A DNA stretch of 64,000 nucleotides from an uncultured delta proteobacterium (GTDB lineage: Bacteria > Myxococcota_A > Polyangia > Polyangiales > B10-G4): the NCBI GenBank assembly GCA_963727445.1, contig CAVSGI010000017.1, positions 128,001-192,000 of the forward strand, written 5' to 3'. This document shows positions 1 to 9,672 of this stretch, piece after piece. The position numbers and the translations under genes are program-made. The notes under the pieces are model-generated. The model did no database searches, was not told where the DNA came from, and worked only from the letters and a program-made list of their open reading frames with translations. Numbering within the stretch: the first letter of the stretch is position 1; each line of letters starts with the position of its first letter.

Positions 1-682
1 CGATGCGCCGGCCGCGGTCGATGATCCAGGCCTGGTCGACCTTGTGCTCGGTGAAGCCGTGCTTGTTCAAGAGGCGTGGGCCGAAGTAGCCGTTGATCAT
101 CCCCATCGAGGTGTCGCCCAGCATCAGGATGAGCGCACGGCGCGCGCGGAGCTCGGCAGCGACCTCGGAGGCGATCTTCGAGGCGGCCTCGGAGATGGGC
201 GCGTGATGGCGGATGGGCTCCTCCCCGTAACGGATGACGCCGGTGGTGCACCACTCGTCGAGGCGCTCCATGAAGGTCGCGTCCGCAGCGAAGTCGGGGT
301 TGTCGGTCCAGATGCGCGAGAAGGGTCTCTCGAGGCTCTCGAGGCAGGCGCCGGTGTTCAGCAGCCCCACCAGACCCGGCCACTGACCGCTGAAGTTGCT
401 CGCGAGCAGGAGAGGGTTGTCCTTGCCAACCACTCCGTCGGTGGTGTGCGGACCGTAGAGCCAGTGCACGCAGACCCCGATCATCGGATCGTCGATCGGG
501 CCGAGCTTCTCGATCGCGTGATGTGGCTTCGAGAGGAAGCCTTCGACGCGATAGGGCTGGCGGCCGAGCTTCTCGATCGCTCTTTCGAGCTGCACGGTGG
601 CCTCTCGGACGTTGTCGATGGCGAGCTCGTTCGGTTTGTCTCTGGCGTCGCCGGGCCAGAACAGCGCGATGCGGGGCTTCAT
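1..682 (-). CDS. L-fucose/L-arabinose isomerase-like sugar isomerase (5' part; runs off the window edge)
   Basis: Not in the ORF track because it has no stop in the window. Manual translation gives MKPRIALFWPGD...LLLASNFSGQWPGLVGLLNTGACL...MLGDTSMGMING, with a GGAGG SD at ~690-694. It is divergent from a sugar ABC transporter. The family call is from recall of the SGQWPGLVG motif. Confidence 0.6.
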   Translation of the reverse strand, partial: MKPRIALFWPGDARDKPNELAIDNVREATVQLERAIEKLGRQPYRVEGFLSKPHHAIEKLGPIDDPMIGVCVHWLYGPHTTDGVVGKDNPLLLASNFSGQWPGLVGLLNTGACLESLERPFSRIWTDNPDFAADATFMERLDEWCTTGVIRYGEEPIRHHAPISEAASKIASEVAAELRARRALILMLGDTSMGMINGYFGPRLLNKHGFTEHKVDQAWIIDRGRRI

Positions 683-742
683 CACAGGGCCTCCCGGTAG
701 GACGCCGGATCCTATAGGCTCTCGGCGCGTACGGGGAACCTG

Positions 743-1738
743 ATGCGGAAAAGCACACTATTTCTCGGCCTGCTGGCGCTTTCTCTCACAGGCTGCGACT
801 GCTCCGAGCACGGTGAGCAGTCGGCCGGAGGTGAAGAAGAGGGCCAGCGGACGATCGCGGTGATCCCCAAGGGGACCACGCACGAGTTCTGGAAGTCGGT
901 GCACGCGGGGGCGATCAAGGCGGGACGCGAGCTGTCGGTGGAGATCCTGTGGCAGGGCCCGCTCCGCGAAGACGACCGCGCCGATCAGGTGCGGGTGGTC
1001 GAGGACGTGATCGCGCGCGGCGTGGACGGCATCGTGTTGGCGCCGCTCGACGACTCGGCGCTGGTGCCGCCGGCGCGCGAGGCCGCGGCCGAGGGGATCG
1101 GCGTGGTGATCATCGACTCCGATCTCGATTGGGACGGGCGTGTGAGCTTCGTCGCCACGGACAACACGGAGGGCGGCCGCATCGCAGCTCGGCGCCTCGG
1201 GCAGCTCCTCGAGGGCCAGGGCCAGGTGTTGATGATGCGCTACCAGGAGGGATCGGCGAGCACCATGCGCCGCGAGGAAGGCTTCCTCGAGGTGATGGAG
1301 GGCGAGTTCCCGAACATCGAGCTGGTCTCCACCAATCAGTACGGAGGCGCGACCACCGAAACCGCCTACACCAAGGGCGAGAGCCTCCTGGTGAGCTTCC
1401 CCGACGTCGACGGCATCTTCACCCCGAACGAGTCGACGACCTTCGGGATGCTGCGCGCGCTCCGAGACGCGGACCGCGCCGGCACCGTCAAGCTGGTCGG
1501 CTTCGACTCGAGCGAAGCCCTGGCGGCGGCGCTCGAGGCCGGCGACATCCAGGGGCTGGTGCTGCAGCGCCCCTTCCGCATGGGTGAGCTCGGCGTCCAC
1601 GCCGCCGTCGATCATCTCGACGGCAAAGAGGTCGAAGGGCGCATCGACACGGGCGTCACGCTGGTGACGGCGGAGAACATGAACGAGCCGGAGATCCACG
1701 ACCTGCTCGTTCCGGATCTCTCGGAGTGGCTCGACTGA
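743..1738 (+). CDS. Sugar ABC transporter substrate-binding lipoprotein (RbsB-like)
   Basis: Lipobox LTGC; motifs IAVIPKG..HEFW, VDGIVLAP, VVIIDS, VATDN, LVGFD. Confidence 0.92.
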   Translation: MRKSTLFLGLLALSLTGCDCSEHGEQSAGGEEEGQRTIAVIPKGTTHEFWKSVHAGAIKAGRELSVEILWQGPLREDDRADQVRVVEDVIARGVDGIVLAPLDDSALVPPAREAAAEGIGVVIIDSDLDWDGRVSFVATDNTEGGRIAARRLGQLLEGQGQVLMMRYQEGSASTMRREEGFLEVMEGEFPNIELVSTNQYGGATTETAYTKGESLLVSFPDVDGIFTPNESTTFGMLRALRDADRAGTVKLVGFDSSEALAAALEAGDIQGLVLQRPFRMGELGVHAAVDHLDGKEVEGRIDTGVTLVTAENMNEPEIHDLLVPDLSEWLD

Positions 1739-1745
1739 GCGAACC

Positions 1746-3239
1746 ATGACCGCGCTCTTGAGCATGCGCGGCGTCCGCAAGCGCTTCGGTGGGGTGCACG
1801 CCCTGTCCGGGGTGGAGCTCGAGGTGGAGGCGGGCGAGGTGCACGCCCTGGTGGGCGAGAACGGCGCGGGCAAGAGCACCCTGATGAAGGTGCTCTCGGG
1901 AGCGCTCCGCCCTGACGCGGGCGAGATGAAGCTCGCGCGTCTCCCCTACGCCCCGATGGGCCCACTCGACGCACGCCGGCATGGCGTCGCGATGATCTAC
2001 CAGGAGCTCAACCTCGCCCCCGACCTGAGCGTCGAGGACAACGTGATGCTGGGACGCGAGCAGCGGCGCCTGGGTCTGGTGCAGCGCGACGCCGCCCGCG
2101 GGCGCATTCAGGAGGCGCTGGCGTTCCTCGGCCACGACGACATCGACGTGACCGCCCGGGTGAAGTCCCTCGGCCCCGCGCGCCGGCAGGTCGTCGAGAT
2201 CGCGCGCGCGCTGGTGGACGACGCACGCGTCGTGGTGATGGACGAGCCCACCAGCTCGCTCGCCCGGCGCGATGTGGAAAAGCTCTTCGAGGTCGTGCGG
2301 CGCCTGCGGGAGAGCGGCGTGGCGATCATCTACATCAGCCACTTCCTCGAAGAGGTCGAGGAGCTGGCAGATCGGTACACGGTGCTCCGCGATGGCGAGA
2401 CCGTCGGCACCGGCGGGGTGCGCGAGGGTGTCGCCCCGGAGCTGGTGGAGCTGATGGTGGGCCGACCGGTCACCGAGATCTTTCCGACCGTCTATCACCG
2501 GCGCGGCAAGGTGGTGCTCGAGCTCGACGCCCTCGCCGGCCGGAGCCGGCCTAGCGAAGCGAGCCTGAGCCTCTACCGGGGCGAGGTCCTGGGCATCGCG
2601 GGCCTCGTGGGCGCCGGGCGAACGGAGCTCTTGCGCGCGATCTTCGGTCTCGACCCGGTGGTGCGCGGCACCGTCACGGTGGCCGGGGTGATGGATCGAG
2701 GCGCGGGCGTCCCGAAGCGGATCGCCCAGGGCGTGGGGATGCTCTCCGAGGATCGGAAGCACGAGGGCCTGGCGACGACGCTCTCCATCGCCGACAACGC
2801 CACCCTGTCGCATCTCTCGCCCTTGGCGCGCTTCGGCGTGCTCGATCTCTCGGAGCGAGACAAGCGGACCGAGGCGTTGATCGCGCGACTCGCCATCAAG
2901 TGTAGCGGCCCACGGCAACCGGTGAGCGATCTCAGCGGCGGCAATCAGCAGAAGGTGGCCTTCGCGCGGCTGCTCCACCAGGACGCGGACGTGATCCTCC
3001 TCGACGAGCCGACGCGCGGCGTCGACGTGGGATCGAAGGTGGAGATGTACCGGCTGATCGGCGAGCTCGCGAAGGAAGACAAGGCGGTGCTCTTCGTCAG
3101 CAGCTACGTACCCGAGCTCCTCGGGGTCTGTGACCGCATCGCGGTCATGCACCGGGGCGTGTTGGGCAAAGCGCGCCCGCGCGGCGCCTGGGACGAGCGT
3201 TCGGTGCTGGACGAAGCGACGCGGGGGGCGAACGCGTGA
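1746..3239 (+). CDS. Sugar ABC transporter ATP-binding protein (RbsA/MglA-type, two ABC domains)
   Basis: GENGAGKS Walker A, MDEPT, LSGGNQQK, LLDEPTRGVDVG. Confidence 0.95.
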   Translation: MTALLSMRGVRKRFGGVHALSGVELEVEAGEVHALVGENGAGKSTLMKVLSGALRPDAGEMKLARLPYAPMGPLDARRHGVAMIYQELNLAPDLSVEDNVMLGREQRRLGLVQRDAARGRIQEALAFLGHDDIDVTARVKSLGPARRQVVEIARALVDDARVVVMDEPTSSLARRDVEKLFEVVRRLRESGVAIIYISHFLEEVEELADRYTVLRDGETVGTGGVREGVAPELVELMVGRPVTEIFPTVYHRRGKVVLELDALAGRSRPSEASLSLYRGEVLGIAGLVGAGRTELLRAIFGLDPVVRGTVTVAGVMDRGAGVPKRIAQGVGMLSEDRKHEGLATTLSIADNATLSHLSPLARFGVLDLSERDKRTEALIARLAIKCSGPRQPVSDLSGGNQQKVAFARLLHQDADVILLDEPTRGVDVGSKVEMYRLIGELAKEDKAVLFVSSYVPELLGVCDRIAVMHRGVLGKARPRGAWDERSVLDEATRGANA

Positions 3240-4204
3240 GCGGCGAAGCGAAGCGCTTCGACCTGGGGAAGGTCCTCGGCCTCGTCGGCCCCTTCATCGG
3301 GCTCCTTCTGGTGATGGGTCTCTTCGCCATCCTGACGCCACAGAGCTTTCTGTCGGCCTACAACATGAAGACGATCCTGACCCAGACGGTGATCGTCGCT
3401 CTGGGCGCCATCGGGATGACCTGGGTGATCATCGGCGGCGGGATCGATCTCTCGGTGGGCTCGGTGATCGCCCTGTCGTCGGTGGCCGCCGCGATCTGCC
3501 TGCGGGACGGCTACGGCCCGGGGGTGGCCATCGTGGTGGGCGTGGCGGCTGGCGCCGCCGTAGGCGCGGTGAACGGCGGGCTGATCACCGGGCTCAAGGT
3601 CGTCCCCTTCATCGTGACCCTCGGCACGATGCTCATGGCGCGCGGGGTCGCGAAGTGGCTCGGCGAAGAGCAGAAGGTCGACGTGCCCGAGACCTGGCTC
3701 AACAACGTGATGAGCAAGAACCCGGAGCCCTCCTGGCTCCTGCTCTCGCCCGGCGTGTGGACGGCGATCCTCCTGGCTGCCTCGATGGCCTTCGCGCTCC
3801 GGCGCACCGTCCTCGGCGTCCACACCTTCGCCGTCGGCTCGAACGAGGACACCGCGCGCCTATGCGGCGTGCGCGTGTCGCGCGTGAAGATCGCGCTCTA
3901 CTCGATCGCGGGGCTCTTCGCCGGCCTCGCGGGCGTGATGCAGCTCGGTCGCCTCACCGTCGGCGATCCGACGACCGCCATCGGCCTCGAGCTCGACATC
4001 ATCGCCGCGGTGGTCATCGGCGGCGGCAGCCTCGCCGGTGGACGCGGCAGCATCCTCGGCTCGATGATCGGCGCGGTGCTCATGTCGGTCCTCGCCAACG
4101 GATGCACCCTCACCGGCGTCCCGAACTACGTCCGCGAGATCCTCACCGGCGCCATCATCATCGCCGCGGTCGCCGTCGATCAGCTGCGCCAGCGCAAGAG
4201 CTGA
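3236..4204 (+). CDS. Sugar ABC transporter permease (RbsC-like)
   Basis: GGIDLSVGS, PFIVTLG, ELDIIAAVVIGG; GTGA overlap with the ATPase gene. Confidence 0.95.
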   Translation: MSGEAKRFDLGKVLGLVGPFIGLLLVMGLFAILTPQSFLSAYNMKTILTQTVIVALGAIGMTWVIIGGGIDLSVGSVIALSSVAAAICLRDGYGPGVAIVVGVAAGAAVGAVNGGLITGLKVVPFIVTLGTMLMARGVAKWLGEEQKVDVPETWLNNVMSKNPEPSWLLLSPGVWTAILLAASMAFALRRTVLGVHTFAVGSNEDTARLCGVRVSRVKIALYSIAGLFAGLAGVMQLGRLTVGDPTTAIGLELDIIAAVVIGGGSLAGGRGSILGSMIGAVLMSVLANGCTLTGVPNYVREILTGAIIIAAVAVDQLRQRKS

Positions 4205-4210
4205 GCGCCC

Positions 4211-4837
4211 TCAGTCGCAGCGCAGCCAGAACGCGCGACGCGTCCGCACCGGATGCATGCGGCTCCAGAGCGATTGCGGCAGGAAGAGGTCCACCTCGCA
4301 GAACTCGCACGAGATGATGCGAGGGCTCTCGGTGGTGACCTTGGCGGGGGCGCCGCAGTTGGTGCAATCGAACATCACCGGCCGCACCGTCTCGTCCGTG
4401 GTCTCTCGGCCCTGTTCAGCCTCCCGAAGGCCGAGGAAGACCTGGATCACCGCCGCTCGGCGAAGGTAGGGCGGCGCGGGCCACGTCGGCAGAAGCACGC
4501 CGCACTTGGGACAGGGGAAGTCCTCGTCCGTGCCGTCCTGGATGGCGTTGGTGACCTTCTTCAGGTGCTGACCGCAGCTCGGACACACCGGACGAATCCC
4601 CGAGGCCGCCGCGAAGCGAAGATGCGGGTACGGCGAATTCAGATCGACGCGCACGACGGGCTCGAAGCGGTTCTTCTGCTCCATCGCCAAACGAACGACG
4701 TGCTTCCAGACGTCACTGATGTCCGTCTTCGTGTGGCAATGGGGGCAGCTCATTTCGGCCCATGGACCATCGACCATCACCGGAAGCCCGCACTCCAAAC
4801 ATTCCAAGCGGATCTTCAACGCAACCCAGCGAGACAC
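4211..4837 (-). CDS. Hypothetical multi-zinc-ribbon protein (six CxxC motifs)
   Basis: C-terminal ~208 aa of ORF 4211..5620 contain CLEC, CPHC, CPSC, CPKC, CTNC, CEFC; GTG start at 4837 is inferred. Confidence 0.7.
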   Translation of the reverse strand: MSRWVALKIRLECLECGLPVMVDGPWAEMSCPHCHTKTDISDVWKHVVRLAMEQKNRFEPVVRVDLNSPYPHLRFAAASGIRPVCPSCGQHLKKVTNAIQDGTDEDFPCPKCGVLLPTWPAPPYLRRAAVIQVFLGLREAEQGRETTDETVRPVMFDCTNCGAPAKVTTESPRIISCEFCEVDLFLPQSLWSRMHPVRTRRAFWLRCD

Positions 4838-4945
4838 GGTGGGCCACGCTATCAAGCTTCGCCGCGAGAAGCGACCTGGAGCGTGGAACGCGGCCGCGCG
4901 GGGATTTCCGCTCAAGCCGTGGCGATATCGGTCGTTTGTTCGATC

Positions 4946-5767
4946 GTGAATGCAGCACAGCTCGTCAAGAGAGTTCACGAGGTGTGCCCGATGCCGGCGA
5001 CCGCCGCGCGGGTGGTGGGCCTCGCGCGCCGTCCCGACGTTCGCCTCGACCGGCTCGCCGAGGCGGTCGCCGCCGACCCGGGGCTCGCGTCGGAGGTCTT
5101 GCGAATCGCGAATTCTCCGGCGTTCGGCCGAGTGCGAGCCGTGGCGAGCGTCGAAGAAGCCGTGGTCGTTGTCGGGGTCGCGGAGATCCACTCGATGGCG
5201 CTGGCCATGACCATGCTCGCGAGCTTCCGTTCCGATCACGAGCTCTCCACCGACCTGCACGAGGCTTCGGTGGTCACCGGCTGCATCGCGAGCGCGGTCG
5301 CTCGGGGACTGAACGTCGAGCGCCGGCTCGCTTTTCTCTCGGGTCTGCTCGCCGAAATCGGTGCGCTCGCCTGTCTGGCCGTCGATGGCGGGCCATATGG
5401 CGAGCTCTACCGGACCTACGAGGACGACCCGGTGTCCCGCGCCGCGGCAGAAGTGAGACGTTATGGCGCCACGTCCCGCGAGATCGGAGCGCGCCTGCTG
5501 TCCGAAAACGCGCTCCCGGAGGCGATCGTGGAAGCGGTCGGGGCCGTGGACGGGGCCAGCGGGCGCCTCGCGGCGCTGACCGCCTTCGCCCGAAGGGCCA
5601 CGGCGATGCTGCTCGCCCACGCACGAGATGCGGACACCACCGGGCTGTCGAGCGCGCTCGACGCGATCGCCGGTGCGTGCAGCATCGATCTACCCCCTGG
5701 ACAGCTCCTCGATACCTGCCTGGCCGCCGCGCGAACCGCGGGACAGACGATCGCGCTCAATCGGTGA
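4946..5767 (+). CDS. HDOD domain signal-transduction protein
   Basis: PMPATAARV...DPGLASEVLRIANSPAFG...VASVEEAVVVVG, AFLSGLLAEIG; GTG start inferred. Confidence 0.85.
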   Translation: MNAAQLVKRVHEVCPMPATAARVVGLARRPDVRLDRLAEAVAADPGLASEVLRIANSPAFGRVRAVASVEEAVVVVGVAEIHSMALAMTMLASFRSDHELSTDLHEASVVTGCIASAVARGLNVERRLAFLSGLLAEIGALACLAVDGGPYGELYRTYEDDPVSRAAAEVRRYGATSREIGARLLSENALPEAIVEAVGAVDGASGRLAALTAFARRATAMLLAHARDADTTGLSSALDAIAGACSIDLPPGQLLDTCLAAARTAGQTIALNR

Positions 5768-5830
5768 AGCGCGCGCTCGGGCCTCCAGCTCGACGCAACG
5801 CGTCCGATCACCAAGTGAGGGACACGACGC

Positions 5831-6301
5831 TCATCCCAAGGCGAGCTCCATGTACGCGACGTCGTCGTGGGGGTTGTCGTAGTAGGGAGCGATCTCCACG
5901 AAGCCCATCTGGTCGTAGAGCCGGCGCGCAGCCGCCATGGTGCGCAGCGTGTCGAGGCGCATCCGCCGGTAGCCCGCTTCCATCATGAAGGCGACGGTGC
6001 TCGCCGCGAGCAGGCGACCCGCGCCGATCCCGCGGTAGCGCTCGCGCACCCAGAGGCGCTTCATCTCGCAGGTCGCCTCGGGCGCGTTCATGGGCCGCAC
6101 CGCCACGCAGCCCGCGACGTCGATGCCGACGCGGGCGAGCCAGATCCGCCCCTCGGGTGCGGCGTAGCGCCCAGGCAGCGTCGCCAGCTCCTCGTCGAAG
6201 CCCTGAAAGCAGAGATCGATGCCGAGCCATTGCTGGTACTCGCGAAACAGCACGCGAACCATGTCCAGGTCCTTCGGATCGGTCTCGAGCGCAATCTCCA
6301 C
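5831..6301 (-). CDS. GNAT family N-acetyltransferase
   Basis: CEMKRLWV...RGIGAG, MRLDTL, ARRLY..MGF. Confidence 0.9.
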   Translation of the reverse strand: MEIALETDPKDLDMVRVLFREYQQWLGIDLCFQGFDEELATLPGRYAAPEGRIWLARVGIDVAGCVAVRPMNAPEATCEMKRLWVRERYRGIGAGRLLAASTVAFMMEAGYRRMRLDTLRTMAAARRLYDQMGFVEIAPYYDNPHDDVAYMELALG

Positions 6302-6316
6302 GCGAGTCTCCTCGTG

Positions 6317-7183
6317 TCAGACGCAGCGCCCGGTCCCGACGTCGCAGGTGAAGCCGGGCTCCAGACACTGGGAGTCGGCGTTGCACCGTGGCGTGCAGCG
6401 CAGGCGATCGGGGAATGTGTCGTCGGGGAGACACGCGTATCCGTCGCGGCAGTCGTCGTCGATCTCGCAGCCGCGGAGGCAGATCGGATCGCGATAGAAG
6501 TCGAAGACGCAGTGGAAGCCCGCAGGGCAACCGGTATCGCCGGCGTCGTCGCAGCGCAGGATCGTGCAGGCACCTCCTGGGTAGCCGCGGTCGCGCTCGC
6601 GAATGCACCAGTTGTCGATCGGACACTGCTCGGGCTCGGTGCAGGGCGCGCCGACGTCGGCGCTCGGGTCGTAGCATCGGCCTTCCCGCATCCCACCATC
6701 GTCGGGATTGCAGGCGAGGCCCGCGGGGCAGTCAGCGTCCACATCACAGCCGGGCGCGCACACCGGGGCCGCAGGCGCGCCCTCGCCGCAACCGAAGCCG
6801 TGTGGACACGGGTCCAGAGCGGTGGGATCGCAGTCGACGAGACAGACGTCGGTCATGAACGCGATCGGCGCACAGTCCGAGCCCGCCGGGCAGGTGCGGG
6901 CCCCCTCGCTGTCGCAGTAGTCCGTACAATGTCCGTCGACGAAGCCGTCGTCGACGATGCAGATCGGTGCCTCCGCCGGGCACTCGGGGTCGGCGCTGCA
7001 GTGCATCCCCACCGCGCTCGAGCTCCCGGCGTCCGCGTCGGTCGCGGCATCGCGGTCGGCAGCGTCCGGAGACGCGTCCGGCGCTTCGTAGGTGATCGCG
7101 GTGTCGGCCACGTCGGGGGTGTCGGCGTCGCAGCCAATGCTCGTAGCGGCGAGCGCGAGCCACAAGAGGACGGATCTCGGCAT
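6317..7183 (-). CDS. Cys-rich secreted lipoprotein
   Basis: Lipobox SIGC, D/A-rich linker, many C-x(2-5)-D-x-(D/E)-C repeats. Confidence 0.8.
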   Translation of the reverse strand: MPRSVLLWLALAATSIGCDADTPDVADTAITYEAPDASPDAADRDAATDADAGSSSAVGMHCSADPECPAEAPICIVDDGFVDGHCTDYCDSEGARTCPAGSDCAPIAFMTDVCLVDCDPTALDPCPHGFGCGEGAPAAPVCAPGCDVDADCPAGLACNPDDGGMREGRCYDPSADVGAPCTEPEQCPIDNWCIRERDRGYPGGACTILRCDDAGDTGCPAGFHCVFDFYRDPICLRGCEIDDDCRDGYACLPDDTFPDRLRCTPRCNADSQCLEPGFTCDVGTGRCV

Positions 7184-7223
7184 GAGGGAGTCCTCGACGG
7201 TAGCAGAGCCGCGGGACGCCCGC

Positions 7224-8204
7224 TCAGAAGAGCGGCACGCCCAGCATCAACGCCACCAGCGCGGTCGCGATGGCCGAGGCCAGGCCGATGCTGAGGTTGT
7301 CGTCCACGCGGACGCTGACCACCTCGGCGATCGAGCCGGTGACGGCGGCGCCCCCCGCGAGGGCCAGGGCCGTGGCGAAGGGGAGAGTCGGCGCGAAGAT
7401 GAAGGCCGCGGCGAGGCCGGCGAGGGTCGCAGCTGCCACGAAGGCCAGCGCGCCTTCGACGCTGCGGCCGTGAATGATCTTCGTCTTGCCGAAGCGGCGG
7501 CCGATGTAGCCAGCAGCGGGATCGCCGACGCCGAGCACCGCGAGGCCCACGCCCGCCACCAGCGGGGACATGGTCAGGTTGAGCAGGAGGATCGCGGTGA
7601 CGAACCAGGTCGCCGAATTGATCCGCTCGTACTCGTAGGCGTGCGCGATCGGCCCGAAGAACTTCATGACGCGCCGGTTCATCTCGGGGCTTCGGCGGCG
7701 CAGCCCCTCCACCGTCCACGCCCAGGCCACCAGCGGAACGCTGATCAGCAGCGCCCACGCGGGATGGGGCACGGCCCAGAGGATCGCGATGCAGACCGCG
7801 GCGTTCATCGCGTGGAAGAAGGTGCGTAGATGGTTCGTCGGCCGGAGCGTCGGCGCGTTGACCTCGAACTCGCGGAGCTTCTTCGACAGGGACTCGTAGG
7901 CCGGGGTCACGGCGGCGCGGAAGGCCACCCACCGCTGCCCCATCCGGGCCGCGGTGCCTTCGGGATCGGGGAGCTCCTTGGTGAGGCTCTCGCGAAGGTG
8001 CGTCAGGCGGTGGACGATCGTCTCGGTGCGCTCTTCGTTCCAGGGCTCGTCGGCGAGCGCGTCGAGGCGATCACAGATCTGCTGGATCTGCGTGTGCGCC
8101 TCGGCCGCCCTACCCTCCCGCCAGCGAGCTTTCTCGATGGAGGAGAGCGTCCCGTAGAGGTCCATGATGAGCCGACGGCTCTCGTCCACCAGGGCCTGTG
8201 GCAT
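7224..8204 (-). CDS. Polyprenol/phytol/diacylglycerol kinase family (CTP-dependent) membrane protein
   Basis: RTFFH, GDPAAGYIGRRFGK, RSVEG, VDDNL motifs; multiple TM segments; soluble helical N-terminal extension. Confidence 0.8.
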   Translation of the reverse strand: MPQALVDESRRLIMDLYGTLSSIEKARWREGRAAEAHTQIQQICDRLDALADEPWNEERTETIVHRLTHLRESLTKELPDPEGTAARMGQRWVAFRAAVTPAYESLSKKLREFEVNAPTLRPTNHLRTFFHAMNAAVCIAILWAVPHPAWALLISVPLVAWAWTVEGLRRRSPEMNRRVMKFFGPIAHAYEYERINSATWFVTAILLLNLTMSPLVAGVGLAVLGVGDPAAGYIGRRFGKTKIIHGRSVEGALAFVAAATLAGLAAAFIFAPTLPFATALALAGGAAVTGSIAEVVSVRVDDNLSIGLASAIATALVALMLGVPLF

Positions 8205-8293
8205 GGCGAAAAAGATGATACCAGATAGTTGCGCACGCTAGAGCGCAAGCTCACGCCTGGCCGTTTCGTGACAGAGACGAAAAACCAGCGTGA

Positions 8294-8986
8294 TCACGCG
8301 CAAAAAAACGTGCCAAGTCCCGTGCTGACGAAGTCGCACTTGCCGTCGCTCCCACAGGTCGCCGCCGACGGGCTCGAAGCGCCCGCGGTGGTCGCTGCAG
8401 AGACGCACTCGGCGGTCGTCGTGCACGAGAGCGAGCAGACCGTGCCTCCGCAGAGTGAGTCGTAATCGGCGAAGTCCCAGCACACACCCTCCGCGCATTG
8501 GGCGTCGCTGGTGCATCCCGCCGCGCCGGTGGCGAGGGACGCGTCGGCGGTCGCGTCGCTCGCGTCGCTCGCACCGTCACTGGTGCCGTCGGGCAGCGCG
8601 TCGACGGTGGCGTCGGTGCCCATGTCCTCGGCGTCCATGGTCGCGTCGGTGGCGCCGTCGGACGTCGCGTCCATCATCCCGTCCGCGGCGGCGTCCATCG
8701 CGCCGTCCGCGGCGCCGTCCGTCATGGCATCCATGGACGCGTCAGGCATCGTCGAATCGGGTCGCGCGCTGTCCATGGCGGCGTCGCCCATGCAATAGGG
8801 GCGGCACACCGCATCGGTGCAGGCCGTGCCGGGATCGACCAAGACGTCAGTGCCGCAGCAGTTGCAGGTGCCGGCGTCTCGGCTCGCGTCGGGTCCCGTG
8901 TCGGTGGTCGTATCGTCTGCGCAAGCGCCGGCGAACGTCGAGCCGATCAGAACGAAGAGCGTCGTCGTGAGGTGTCGTCGTGGCAT
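8294..8986 (-). CDS. Cys-rich lipoprotein with (D-A/G-x-x)n low-complexity linker
   Basis: Lipobox-like AGAC; DAAM/DGAA/DATA repeats between two Cys-rich ends. Confidence 0.75.
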   Translation of the reverse strand: MPRRHLTTTLFVLIGSTFAGACADDTTTDTGPDASRDAGTCNCCGTDVLVDPGTACTDAVCRPYCMGDAAMDSARPDSTMPDASMDAMTDGAADGAMDAAADGMMDATSDGATDATMDAEDMGTDATVDALPDGTSDGASDASDATADASLATGAAGCTSDAQCAEGVCWDFADYDSLCGGTVCSLSCTTTAECVSAATTAGASSPSAATCGSDGKCDFVSTGLGTFFCA

Positions 8987-9033
8987 TCGGTCATCCTAAC
9001 AGCATCGTCCGCGCCGTCACGGCCGCGCATGCG

Positions 9034-9672
9034 TCAGCGCGAGACGAGCTCTTTGACCACGGCGAAGTCGGTGTCGGAGACGCCGCCGGTGCGGGCGCAG
9101 ACGACGTTGCCGCCGGGCGCGACGAAGATGTGGATCGGCAACGTCGCTCCCTCGTCGAGCCCGATGCTCTCGACCCAGGCGGGCAGCGTCGCGGGATCGG
9201 CGATGCGCGGGCCCGCTGGCGTGTCCCGGTGCGCGTCTCGAAACGCGGTCACCGCTTCGTCGTCGCGATCGGCTGAGAGGAAGACCAGGTCGACCGGCGC
9301 CCCCTCCGCCGCGAGCTCCTCGCGAAAGCGGACGAGGCGCGGGATCTCCTCGATGCAGGGCGCGCACCAGGTCGCCCACACGTTGACCCAGCGAAAGCCG
9401 CTCGTCGCCGCCGGCGCGTCGCCGGCGAGCGCGGGAAACGTCATCTGGGGGCTGTCGTCGCCGCCCGTGACGTCGCAGAACTCCTCGACGTCCGGGCCCG
9501 CGTTCGGGTCGGCCTCGACCGCGATCACCCGACTCGGCGGCGGCGCCCCGTCGCCGTCGTCCCCACAGCCACCGAGCACCACCACCAGAACCGCGAGCCC
9601 GACCCTCGAGCGAAAGCGAGGCGGCGCCGAGCGAAGCGGGTCGATGTCGATCAGAGCGTGCAGTCGATCCAC
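9034..9672 (-). CDS. TlpA/ResA-like thiol-disulfide oxidoreductase lipoprotein
   Basis: VNVWATWCAPCIEEIP, cis-Pro loop TLP, lipobox LGGC; GTG start at 9672 overlapping the upstream gene is inferred. Confidence 0.85.
   Translation of the reverse strand: MDRLHALIDIDPLRSAPPRFRSRVGLAVLVVVLGGCGDDGDGAPPPSRVIAVEADPNAGPDVEEFCDVTGGDDSPQMTFPALAGDAPAATSGFRWVNVWATWCAPCIEEIPRLVRFREELAAEGAPVDLVFLSADRDDEAVTAFRDAHRDTPAGPRIADPATLPAWVESIGLDEGATLPIHIFVAPGGNVVCARTGGVSDTDFAVVKELVSR

Noticed and set aside
44..700. Plus-strand 218-aa ORF
   Set aside because: Antisense shadow of the minus-strand isomerase gene, which has an SD and recognisable motifs
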